A DNA stretch of 64,000 bases. Origin: an uncultured delta proteobacterium (GTDB taxonomy: Bacteria > Myxococcota > Myxococcia > Myxococcales > Anaeromyxobacteraceae). Numbering within the stretch: position 1 is the first letter of the stretch; every line of letters starts with the position of its first letter. Positions 1-10,257 of this stretch are shown piece by piece. The notes beneath the pieces are model-generated. The model had not been told where the DNA came from. It ran no database searches and saw nothing but the letters and a program-made list of their open reading frames with translations. The position numbers were made by a program, and so were the translations under genes. The DNA lies in the NCBI GenBank assembly GCA_963828255.1, contig CAWHDZ010000016.1, positions 1 through 64,000 of the forward strand. The letters run 5' to 3'.

Positions 1-251
1 TGTCCGATCCGCCGGCGCGCCAGGCTCCCGATGAAGACCGCCGCGGAGTTGGCCGGGAGGAGCCCGGCCATGACCGAGGCCAGGGCGAGCGGGGTCGTGA
101 TGCGCCCCTGCGCCACCAGCATGCCCATGGTCGTGGTCACGATCTCCTCGGGCACGGACGGGGCGACGCACGCCTGCAGCAAGAGCCAGGTCGCGGTGAG
201 CGCGATCTGCCACTGGGAAAGCTCCGAGATCCGGGCGAGGAGATCGTCCAC
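1..251 (-). CDS. DedA/VTT-family membrane protein, 5' part (runs off window start)
   Basis: Manual translation from GTG at 251: VDDLLARISELSQWQIALTATWLLLQACVAPSVPEEIVTTTMGMLVAQGRITTPLALASVMAG...; the P-x-PEE...G-x-L...G pattern is typical of DedA. Not in the ORF track. Confidence 0.7.
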   Translation of the reverse strand, partial: MDDLLARISELSQWQIALTATWLLLQACVAPSVPEEIVTTTMGMLVAQGRITTPLALASVMAGLLPANSAAVFIGSLARRRIG

Positions 252-436
252 GCCGCTGGTCAGCTCTCGTACACCGGGCACCAGAGGCTTCGTGTCCGGT
301 CGATCTCCTCGGGTTCGGGCGCCTTCGAGAGCGCCGACGGGCCTGGTCCCAAAGTCTTCGTCATGGGGTCCTCATCTGCACAGTCTTCATCGCCGCCTCG
401 GGGTTCACGGGTAGGCGCGGATCCTGCGGGCCCAGC

Positions 437-757
437 GTGGCGGCGGCGGGGCGCTCCGGCGATGATTGGATGAAGGAGGCGGAAAGGTCCGTCTTCACGG
501 TGGAGCGAGGCCTGCCGGCCGGACATCACCAAGTCGTCGCCGATCACGACACCGGCGGCTTCGCCGTGAACGGCCCGCAGGCGGCGCTGCTCCAGGCCGG
601 TGGCACGGTCGAGGCGGGCTGGACGACGGGCAACCACACCGGGGTCGACACGCTCATCTGGAGCGCGGGCCCGGGCAGCAAGGCGCTGGCGCGCGCCATC
701 GGCAACACCGAGATCTACGGGGTCATGGTCAAGGCCCTGGGCGACGCGAAGGAATAG
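437..757 (+). pseudogene. Alkaline phosphatase C-terminal remnant
   Basis: VVADHDTGG...WTTGNHTGVDTLIWSAGPGS...IGNTEIY matches the PhoA C-terminus (ADH..GG, H-T/S-G-x-D, GPG, NT). About 100 aa only, with no N-terminal catalytic-Ser region. Confidence 0.65.
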
Positions 758-766
758 GCGCAGCCT

Positions 767-2626
767 TCATCTCCGGTGGTGGTCGGGGCGCTGGGCGTCC
801 TTGCCCCCGCCCCAGCGGGCCTCCTCGCCACCGTCGTCGAGCAGCTGGAACGAGTTCACGTCGTCGGCCACCTGGGAGCGGAGCTGGGAGAGCACAAGCC
901 GTCGCGCCGCCGGGTCCTTCACCGGGAAGAAGAGCTCGTAGCGCCGGTCGAAGTTGCGCGGCATGGCGTCGAGGCTCCCGGCGAAGACCAGCCAGCGGCC
1001 GCCGTTCTTGAAGGCGGCCACCCGGGCGTGCTCGAGGAAGCGCCCCACCAGGCTCTTCGCGTGGACCCCGGCGGCGATCTCGGTGAGCGTGGTCCGGGCG
1101 AGCAGGTCCACCCGGGCCCCGGCCTTGGCCGCGTTGCGAAGGGCGGTCAGGATCTGCGGGTCGGTCACGTGGTTGAACTTGAAGATCAGGTGGCCGCCCG
1201 GATGTGACTCGGAGTGAATCCGGTCGAGGAGCAGCCTCCGGATGGACGCCCCGGTGCGCAGCTCGGTCATGCGCGGAGTCCTTCCCATCTCGAGCGCGTC
1301 GAAGAAGCGCTTCACGTCGCGGGTCAGGGCGGGGTCGGCGGTGAAGAGCGAGAAGTCGGTGTAGAGCCGGGCGTTGCGGGTGTTGTAGTTGCCGGTTCCC
1401 AGGTGGACGAACTCGCGCCGCCCGCGCCTCACCCAGATGGCCTTGGCGTGCACCTTGCGCGACGGCAGCGGGAGCACCCGGACGCCTGAGTTCTGGAACC
1501 GCAGGCCCCATTCCAGGTTCTGCAGCTCGTCGAAGCGGGCGCGGGCCTCGAGGAGCACCGCCACGTCCTTGCCTGCCCGGGAGGCCTCGATGAGCGACTC
1601 GGCCAGCACGTTGTCGTCCCCCACCCTGTAGAGGGTGGCGCGCATGGCGGTGACCTCGGGGTCCCGCGCCGCGGCCCGTGCGAAGTCCTCCACCGCGTCG
1701 TACCCCTGGTACGGGTGGTAGATCATCTGGTCGCGCAGGCCGATGCGCCGGAACGGGTTGGTCGAGAACCCCGGGATGAGCCACGGGCGCAGCGCGCCGA
1801 ACTTGAGCCGCGACGGGGCGCCGTCCACCAGCGTGGAGACCATGCGCAGGTCGAGGGGCGGCTCGATCCGGAAGACCTCGTCGGCCTCCAGCCCGAGCGC
1901 GATTCGGATCGACTCGGACCAGTGGGTCGGGAAGTTCTTCTCCACCTCCAGGTGGCTGGGGCGGCCGTCGAGACGGGTCTCGAGAGCGGCGGGGAGGTCT
2001 TCCCAGTCGAGCCCCAGCTGGTCGATGGCGGCGAGCCGGATGGCCCGGAGCTCGTGCAGCTCCTGGTCGCGCCCGTCGAGGAAGAGGTCGCTGCGAAGCC
2101 GGAGCAGCTCGCCCAGCCGGACGTAGGTTCCGTCGCGCCCGGGGATCTCCACGAGGCGCGGCAAGCTCTCCGGGAGGCGCACCAGGTGCTCGAGGACGCC
2201 GAGCCCGGTGGCGAAGTAGAGCGCCCCGGTCCGGATCTCGCGCACGGCGTCGGCCCGGAGCACGTCGGTCCGCGGGGCGACCTCCTCGGCCAGGAAGGCG
2301 CCGAAGTAGTCGAGCTCCTCCTTCGTGAGGGACGACACCGCGACGATGCGGATCCCGAAGGCCTCGAGCTCGCCGAGGAACGACCGGTAGGTCTCGCTGG
2401 CGGCCTCGGCCTGGAGACGGGCCTCCTGGAGCAGCCGCTGGTAGTCGGCCGTGCCCCGTTCCTCCAGGAACGGCCTGGAGATGCGGGCGGCGAAGAACTC
2501 GTCGAGATTGGAGGACCAGATGGAGAGGAAGCGGAGCCGCTCCATCATCGGGAAGTCGGCCCGCCGGGTCTGCTCGAGGACCCTCCGGTTGAATCGCAGC
2601 CAAGAAAGTTCCTGTTCGATGAGCAC
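767..2626 (-). CDS. ppk1: Polyphosphate kinase 1
   Basis: ELSWLRFNRRVL, SSNLDEFF, YHPY, ARFDE..N, KVHAK, GTGNYN and GRFLEH motifs. GTG start at 2626 preceded by GGAGG. Confidence 0.93.
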   Translation of the reverse strand: MLIEQELSWLRFNRRVLEQTRRADFPMMERLRFLSIWSSNLDEFFAARISRPFLEERGTADYQRLLQEARLQAEAASETYRSFLGELEAFGIRIVAVSSLTKEELDYFGAFLAEEVAPRTDVLRADAVREIRTGALYFATGLGVLEHLVRLPESLPRLVEIPGRDGTYVRLGELLRLRSDLFLDGRDQELHELRAIRLAAIDQLGLDWEDLPAALETRLDGRPSHLEVEKNFPTHWSESIRIALGLEADEVFRIEPPLDLRMVSTLVDGAPSRLKFGALRPWLIPGFSTNPFRRIGLRDQMIYHPYQGYDAVEDFARAAARDPEVTAMRATLYRVGDDNVLAESLIEASRAGKDVAVLLEARARFDELQNLEWGLRFQNSGVRVLPLPSRKVHAKAIWVRRGRREFVHLGTGNYNTRNARLYTDFSLFTADPALTRDVKRFFDALEMGRTPRMTELRTGASIRRLLLDRIHSESHPGGHLIFKFNHVTDPQILTALRNAAKAGARVDLLARTTLTEIAAGVHAKSLVGRFLEHARVAAFKNGGRWLVFAGSLDAMPRNFDRRYELFFPVKDPAARRLVLSQLRSQVADDVNSFQLLDDGGEEARWGGGKDAQRPDHHRR

Positions 2627-2661
2627 GGGCCTCCCCCGGAGAGCCGACACTTCACCACACC

Positions 2662-2683
2662 CTGCGTGACGGGAGTGTGACGA
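2662..2683 (-). promoter_or_regulatory. Pho-box-like direct repeat upstream of ppk1
   Basis: Minus strand tcGTCACactc-ccGTCACgcag: two GTCAC units 11 bp apart, as in PhoB/PhoP-type boxes. Confidence 0.5.
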
Positions 2684-2750
2684 TGGGGGCCAGGAACCCT
2701 CCGGGGAGGCCCCGGCCGCCCCCCTCCTGCCGGGGTTCCGGGCACCCGTT

Positions 2751-2767
2751 TGCACGCTTTTGCGGCA
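2751..2767 (+). promoter_or_regulatory. NtrC-like enhancer site
   Basis: TGCACGCTTTTGCGGCA matches TGCACCAWWWTGGTGCA at 13/17 positions, about 50 bp upstream of the sigma54 motif. Confidence 0.4.
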
Positions 2768-2814
2768 GATTTCGCCCGGAATCCGGGCCGATCGGGGCCA
2801 GGAAGCGTCGAGAT

Positions 2815-2831
2815 GAGGCAGGCCTCTTGCA
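2815..2831 (+). promoter_or_regulatory. Sigma54 (-24/-12) promoter of the transglutaminase/ATP-grasp operon
   Basis: gaGGCAggcctcTTGCA: GG(2817-18)-N10-GC(2829-30) with GGCA and TTGCA cores, about 20 nt before the ATG. Confidence 0.6.
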
Positions 2832-2850
2832 AAGGCAATAAGGTCGCCCC

Positions 2851-5800
2851 ATGCGCCTCCTCCTCCAGCACGACACCGTTTACCGGTTCCCACGCCCGGC
2901 CGCGCTAGGGCCCCACCAGATCCGTCTGCGCCCGGCAAGCCACGCCAAGGCCCGGATCGAGACCTACTCGCTCCGCGTCAGCGAACCGGCCGAGGTCCGC
3001 TGGCAGCGCGACCCCACCGGGAACCAGGTGGCCCACGTCACCTTCCCGAAGGGCACCCTGCTGCCGGAGCTCTCGGTCCAGGTGGAGATGGCCGTGGACA
3101 TCCGGCCGGTGAACCCCTTCGACTTCTTCGTGGACGACCGGTGCGAGGAGACGCCCTTCGCCTACCCGGAGGAGGTCCGGCCCGAGCTCGCGCCCTTCCT
3201 CGACCTCGAGGACCCGTCGCTCGCCGGGGGGCCGCTCCTCCAGGCCTTCCTCGACGAGGCGCCGGCCTCGGGCCGGACCATCCCTCTCGTGGTGGAGCTC
3301 AACCGGCTCGTGAACGAGCGGACCCGCTACGTGATCCGGGAGGAGGCGGGGGTCTGGACGCCGGAGGAGACGCTCCGGCAGGGCAGGGGAAGCTGCCGCG
3401 ACTCGGCGGTCCTGCTCGTGGCGGCGCTGCGCTCCCGGGGGCTCGCGGCCCGCTTCGTGTCCGGCTACCTCATCCAGCTCACCGACGAGGGGATGATCCC
3501 GGACGAGCCCCGGGGCGTGGGGCGCGACGTGGTGGACCTGCACGCCTGGGCCGAGGTGTTCCTCCCCGGCGCCGGCTGGATCGGCCTCGACGCCACCAGC
3601 GGCCTCCTCTGCGGGGAAGGGCACATCCCGCTGGCCTGCGCGGCGCGCCCGGCGCTGGCCGCACCGGTGATCGGCACCTCCGACGTGGGGGCCGATTCCT
3701 TCGCCTTCTCGATGCGGGTCATGCGGCTCGGCCACGAGGCCCGCCCGACCACGCCGTACTCCGAGGAGACCTGGCAGGCGCTCCTCGTCGCGTCAGACCG
3801 GGCCGACGCGACGCTCGCCGGGGCGGGCCTGACCCTCACCGTGGGCGGGGAGCCCACCTTCAACTCGCGCCTACACCCCGAGGCGCCGGAGTGGCGCACC
3901 GCGGCGCTCGGCCCCACCAAGTGGGAGCAGGGGCTGGCGCTGGCCTTCGAGCTGCGCGACCGGATGGCCCCGGGCGGCGTGGTCCTGCGCCGCGAGGGGA
4001 AGTGGTACCCCGGAGAAAGCCTGCCGCGCTGGGCGCTCGACGTGGTGGCGCTGAGGGGCGGGGCCCGCCTCTGGACCGGGGCCGGAACGCGCCGGTCGGC
4101 CACGCCGGCCGCCGCCGAGGCCCTGGCGCGGGCCATCGCCGGGAAGCTGGGCGTCGGCGCCGACACGGCGCTCCCGGCCTTCGAGGACCCCTGGCAGTAC
4201 GTCCGGGACGAGGCCGACCTTCCACCCGGGGTGAATCCCCTGAAGGCCGACCTGGCCGACGGGGAGGAGCGGCGCAGGCTGGCCCGCGTCCTCGACCACG
4301 GTCTCCGGAACCCGGTGGGCTGGGCGCTCCCACTGGCGCGCGGCGAGTCGGGCTGGCGCACCGACACCTGGGAGTTCCGCCGCGAGGCGCTCTTCCTCAT
4401 CCCCGGCGACGCGCCTGCCGGGCTGCGCCTGCCGCTCAAGTCGCTGGGCGGCCCGTTGCCGCCCCCGGAGGCCCCCGAGCCGCCCTACGTCGTCGATCCG
4501 CGCACCGAGGAGGTCGCCGAGGCGCGACGCAGGGAGGAGGAGGAGCGCGCCGAGCTGGTCGGTCGGCAGGCCGCCGTCTCCCGGCAAATGGCGCCTCCCC
4601 GCCTCCCGGCCGTGCGCACCGCGCTCTGCGTCGAGCCGCGCGGGGGCGAGCTCTACGTCTTCCTGCCCCCCACGGCCACGGCCGCGCACTTCGTCGAGCT
4701 GGCCCGTGCCGTCGATGCCGCCGCCCGCGAGACCGACCTCGAGGTCCGGCTGGAGGGCTACCCGCCCCCCTGGAGCCCCGAGGTGATCCGCTTCTCGGTG
4801 ACGCCCGACCCGGGCGTGCTCGAGGTCAACGTCCAGCCCACCGGGAGCGGCCGGGCCTGCGCCGAGCAGATCGAGCAGGTCTTCGACGCCGCGCTCCACA
4901 CCGGCCTCCACTCCGAGAAGTACATGCTCGACGGGCGGCAGGAGGGCTCGGGGGGCGGCAACCACATCACCCTGGGTGGCCCGCGTCCGCTCCAGAGCCC
5001 CTTCGTGGTCCGCCCGGACCTCCTCGCCAGCCTGGTCACCTTCGTCCAGCACCACCCGGCCATGTCGTACCTCTTCACCGGGCTCTTCGTCGGCCCGACC
5101 TCGCAGGCGCCGCGCGTGGACGAGGCCCGGAACGACTCCCTCTACGAGCTCGAGATCGCGCTGGCGCGCCTGGGCGACCGGAGCCAGCCGGCCCCGCCCT
5201 GGCAGGGGGACTGGCTGCTGCGGAACCTGCTCGTGGACGTGGCCGGGAACGGCCACCGGGCCGAGATCTCCATCGACAAGCTCTTCGACTGGAGGAGCGG
5301 CCACGGACGGCAGGGGCTGGTGGAGTTCCGCGCCTTCGAGATGCCGCCCCATCCGAGAATGGCGGCGGCGCAGGCCATCCTGGCCCGGGCGCTGGTGGCC
5401 GCCTTCTCCAGGGCCCCGTACGCCCACGGGCTGGTGCGCTGGGGCACCGAGCTGCACGACCGGTTCCTGCTGCCCTTCTGGCTGTGGCGCGACATGGAGG
5501 ACGTCCTCGCCTTCCTCGAGGACCGCGGCGTCGGCCTCCCGCGCGAGGTCTACCGCCCCTTCGTGGAGTTCCGTTGCCCGGTGGTCGGGCGGCTCCAGGT
5601 CGGAGGCGTGGCCGTCGAGGTGAGGAACGCGCTCGAGCCCTGGCCGGTGCTGGGCGAGGAGCCCGGCGCCGGCGGCACCTCCCGCTTCGTCGACTCCTCG
5701 ATGGAGCGGATCGAGATCCACGCCGAGGGGCTCGAGTCCGAGCGCTTCGACGTGCTGGTGAACGGCCTCGTGGTCCCGCTGCGCGCCACCGGCACGGCTG

Positions 5801-6156
5801 GGGAGCACGTGGGCGGGGTGCGCTTCCGGGCCTGGGCGCCGCCCTCGTCGCTCCAGCCCCACCTGGGCATCCACCACCCCCTGCGCATCGACCTGTTCGA
5901 CCGCTGGGCCGGGCGCTCGCTGGGCGCCTGCGCCTACCACGTCTGGCACCCGGAGGGGCAGGCCTACGAGGCCCCGCCGCTCACCCGCTTCGAGGCCTCG
6001 GCGCGCCGCGCCGCGCGCTTCACCGAGGAGGGGCCGCTCCCGCTCGGCACGACGCCCGTCGCCACCCGGCCGCACCCCGAGTACCCACACACCCTGGACC
6101 TCCGGCGCTACGCCGGCGATCACCCCATGCCCGAGTGGGACGAGGACGAGGAGTAG
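2851..6156 (+). CDS. Transglutaminase-like domain fused to DUF2126 putative amidoligase
   Basis: N-terminal H-x-T-x-Y...LGPHQIRLRP; triad motifs GSCRD / LHAWAEV / GLDAT; DUF2126 motifs GGEPTF, TPDPGVLEVN, GGGNHITLGG, SQAPRVDE, HRAEISIDKL, GLVEFRAFEMPPH. Confidence 0.9.
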   Translation: MRLLLQHDTVYRFPRPAALGPHQIRLRPASHAKARIETYSLRVSEPAEVRWQRDPTGNQVAHVTFPKGTLLPELSVQVEMAVDIRPVNPFDFFVDDRCEETPFAYPEEVRPELAPFLDLEDPSLAGGPLLQAFLDEAPASGRTIPLVVELNRLVNERTRYVIREEAGVWTPEETLRQGRGSCRDSAVLLVAALRSRGLAARFVSGYLIQLTDEGMIPDEPRGVGRDVVDLHAWAEVFLPGAGWIGLDATSGLLCGEGHIPLACAARPALAAPVIGTSDVGADSFAFSMRVMRLGHEARPTTPYSEETWQALLVASDRADATLAGAGLTLTVGGEPTFNSRLHPEAPEWRTAALGPTKWEQGLALAFELRDRMAPGGVVLRREGKWYPGESLPRWALDVVALRGGARLWTGAGTRRSATPAAAEALARAIAGKLGVGADTALPAFEDPWQYVRDEADLPPGVNPLKADLADGEERRRLARVLDHGLRNPVGWALPLARGESGWRTDTWEFRREALFLIPGDAPAGLRLPLKSLGGPLPPPEAPEPPYVVDPRTEEVAEARRREEEERAELVGRQAAVSRQMAPPRLPAVRTALCVEPRGGELYVFLPPTATAAHFVELARAVDAAARETDLEVRLEGYPPPWSPEVIRFSVTPDPGVLEVNVQPTGSGRACAEQIEQVFDAALHTGLHSEKYMLDGRQEGSGGGNHITLGGPRPLQSPFVVRPDLLASLVTFVQHHPAMSYLFTGLFVGPTSQAPRVDEARNDSLYELEIALARLGDRSQPAPPWQGDWLLRNLLVDVAGNGHRAEISIDKLFDWRSGHGRQGLVEFRAFEMPPHPRMAAAQAILARALVAAFSRAPYAHGLVRWGTELHDRFLLPFWLWRDMEDVLAFLEDRGVGLPREVYRPFVEFRCPVVGRLQVGGVAVEVRNALEPWPVLGEEPGAGGTSRFVDSSMERIEIHAEGLESERFDVLVNGLVVPLRATGTAGEHVGGVRFRAWAPPSSLQPHLGIHHPLRIDLFDRWAGRSLGACAYHVWHPEGQAYEAPPLTRFEASARRAARFTEEGPLPLGTTPVATRPHPEYPHTLDLRRYAGDHPMPEWDEDEE

Positions 6157-6161
6157 CGCCC

Positions 6162-7781
6162 GTGCAGGAGTTGCACTCCGAGTGTCGCGCGCAGGACGAG
6201 GTGCTGCGAGGCGCCGGGCTCGAGATCTGGCTGGGGGCGGAGCCCACCTTCACCGATCGGTCATCCCAGGATCCGCACTGGCTCTGGAAGGCGGAGGGGG
6301 GCGACAAGGAGGACCGTGCCGCCGCGCTCCTCCAGGAGCTGCTCGGGAGCCTGGCCGCCTCCTTCCGGCTCGAGCGCCCCGAGGGGCGCCTCTACCCGGG
6401 CGAGGAGAAGCCGCGCTTCTGCCTGGGGGCGTTCTACCTTCCCCGCGGCGGCGGGGAGGAGCGCTGGCTCACGGTCGCCCCCGACCCGGGCGTCGTCGAG
6501 GTGAACCTGGCCCCGGCCCCCGACCTGGTCACCTTCGCCGAGCACGTGGGCTCGGTCTACGCGGCGGCGGCGGCGGCGGGGCTCTCGCCGGAGCGCTTCC
6601 GCTGGAACGGCCACGCCGGCGACTCGGGGGGCGGGGGGCAGATCACCCTGGGTGGACCTTCCCCGGAGCGGAGCCCGTTCTTCCTGCGCCCCCGGCTCCT
6701 GCCGTCGCTGGTGCGCTACCTGAACCACCACCCGTCCCTCTCGTACGCCTTCGCCCCGGAGTGCGTGGGCAGCGCCGGGCAGGGGCCGCGCCCCGACGAG
6801 GGGGTCCGCGAGCGCTTCGACGAGCTGGGGGTGGCGCTCGACCGACTGGCCCAGCGCGACGCGCCGGGGGCGGAGGAGCTCTGGACCTCGCTCGCGCCGC
6901 TCCTCGTGGACGCGTCGGGCAACTCCCACCGGGCCGAGGTCAACGTCGAGAAGCTCTGGAACCCGCACCTTCCCGGGCGCGGCAAGATGGGCGTGGTCGA
7001 GCTCCGCGCCCTGCGCATGCCCCCCACCCCGGAGCGGCTGCTGGCGCTGGGCGCCCTCTTCCGCGCCGTGGCCGCCAGGCTCGCTCGCTCGCCTTTCGAG
7101 GAGCCGCTCCTCGACTGGGGTCCGGAGCTGCACGACCGGGCCTCGCTGCCCCACTGGCTCGGGCAGGACCTGGCCGGCGTGATGGCCGACCTGGCCGAGC
7201 ACGGCCTCGCCCCCGGGAAGAAGCTCCAGTCCTGGCTGGCACCCGAGGCGCCCGAGCTCGCCCGGGTGGAGCACGCCGGAGGCACGCTCTCCGTCCGGAG
7301 GGCCACGGACTTCTGGCCGCTCATGGGGGACGTGGCCTCGCAGGAGGGCTCCACCGCGCGGCTCGTGGACGCGAGCTCCGAGCGGCTCGAGCTGCTCGTC
7401 ACCTCGCCCGGCACCGGTCCGGGGCGCCTCTCCGCCCAGGGGGTGGAGGTGACGCTGGAGGCCGCCGGGGGGCCGCTCCACGTCGGCGCCGTCCGCTACC
7501 GCGCCTTCGCGCCCTCACCCGGGCTCCACCCCGGCCTCGGCCCCCACGACCCGCTGGTGCTGGAGTGGGAGCGGCGCGGCGAGGGAGTCCGCATCGAGCT
7601 GCACGGCTGGAAGCCGGGCGGGGGGGGCTACGACGTGCTCCCCGCCGACGCCGCCGAGGCCGCGCTGCGCCGGGAGGAGCGGGTGGTGGTCCGCCCGGGC
7701 CGGTTCCGCACCCCCTTGCGCGCCCCGTCGGCGCGCCTCACCCTGGACCTTCGCCGCCTGAAGGCGGCCCTGCCCACCTGA
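6162..7781 (+). CDS. Stand-alone DUF2126-like putative amidoligase (paralog of upstream C-terminal domain)
   Basis: 3' part of ORF 3141..7781 from GTG 6162: GAEPTF, APDPGVVEVN, GGGGQITLGG, HPSLSY, HRAEVNVEKL, GVVELRALRMPP. Confidence 0.85.
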   Translation: MQELHSECRAQDEVLRGAGLEIWLGAEPTFTDRSSQDPHWLWKAEGGDKEDRAAALLQELLGSLAASFRLERPEGRLYPGEEKPRFCLGAFYLPRGGGEERWLTVAPDPGVVEVNLAPAPDLVTFAEHVGSVYAAAAAAGLSPERFRWNGHAGDSGGGGQITLGGPSPERSPFFLRPRLLPSLVRYLNHHPSLSYAFAPECVGSAGQGPRPDEGVRERFDELGVALDRLAQRDAPGAEELWTSLAPLLVDASGNSHRAEVNVEKLWNPHLPGRGKMGVVELRALRMPPTPERLLALGALFRAVAARLARSPFEEPLLDWGPELHDRASLPHWLGQDLAGVMADLAEHGLAPGKKLQSWLAPEAPELARVEHAGGTLSVRRATDFWPLMGDVASQEGSTARLVDASSERLELLVTSPGTGPGRLSAQGVEVTLEAAGGPLHVGAVRYRAFAPSPGLHPGLGPHDPLVLEWERRGEGVRIELHGWKPGGGGYDVLPADAAEAALRREERVVVRPGRFRTPLRAPSARLTLDLRRLKAALPT

Positions 7782-7798
7782 GAGACGCCGGAGGCCCC

Positions 7799-9264
<1,466 letters not shown>

Positions 9265-9268
<4 letters not shown>

Positions 9269-10242
9269 TCTCCCGCGTCGCCGATCACTGCTTCTGGCTG
9301 GGCCGCTACCTCGAGCGCGCCGAGTCCACCGCGCGCGTGCTGGGGGTGACCCGCAACCTGGCCCTCGACGTGGGGCTGAACCCGCGCCACGTCTGGCTGC
9401 CGGTCATCATCGTGTCGGGCGAGCAGGAGCGCTACGCGGAGTCGGGGCAGGGGCGCACCGACGACGGCGAGCGGGTGCAGGACTACATGACCTGGGACGA
9501 CGACAACCCCAGCTCCATCGTCAGCGCGCTCTCGGCCGCGCGCGACAACGCCCGCTCCATCCGCGAGGTGGTGAGCCTGGAGACCTGGGAGGCGCTCAAC
9601 GCCATCTACCTCTGGATGGGCAGTCCGCGGGCGCGCGTCGAGTGGCGCGAGGACCGGCACTCCTTCTACCGGCGCATCCGCACCTCGATGCAGTCGCTGC
9701 AGGGCATCGTGCGCGGCACCATGCTCTTCGACGACGCCATGCACTTCATGCTGCTCGGCACCATGCTGGAACGGGCCGGCCAGACCGCCCGCATCCTCGA
9801 CGTGCACCACCACGCCTTCCAGGCGCTGGGATCCCACGAGGTCATCGAGACCGCGCTCTGGCTGGCCCTGCTGCGCGCCTGCTCCGGCTTCGAGCCCTTC
9901 ATGAAGGTGCACCGGGGGCGGGTCAGCCCCGCCGCGGTGGCCCGCTTCCTGGTGGTGGACCCCATCTTCCCCCGCTCGGTCCGGTTCGCCCTGCGGGCGG
10001 CGGTGTCCCGCTTCGAGCGGCTCCGCCCTCCCGACCAGACCGACCTCCCCGGGGCGCGCAGCGCGGCGCGGCTCACCGCGCTGGCCAGCTGGGTGGCCGC
10101 GCTCGACAAGGACTTCGACGTGGCCGGGCTGCACGAGCTGCTCACCCACGTGGTGGACGAGACGGCCGCGATCGCGGGCGTCATCGGAAGCGAGCTCCTG
10201 GGGTATGCTCCGGGTCCCGCGGCCGAGATGTCGGCCCAGTGA
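9265..10242 (+). CDS. Alpha-E domain protein (DUF403)
   Basis: MISRVADHCFWLGRYLERAESTAR, ARDNARSIRE, GTMLERA.QTAR, FPRSV. ATGA overlap with the ATP-grasp gene. Confidence 0.93.
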
Positions 10243-10257
10243 CCCTGCCCACGAGAA

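Noticed and set aside
2739..2754. Second sigma54 motif (GGGCACCCGTTTGCA)
   Set aside because: GGCAC to TTGC spacing is one base short; it overlaps the NtrC-like site instead.
2627..2938. 104-aa N-terminal extension of Ppk1 in the ORF track
   Set aside because: Overlaps the divergent gene and promoter; homology and an SD support GTG 2626.
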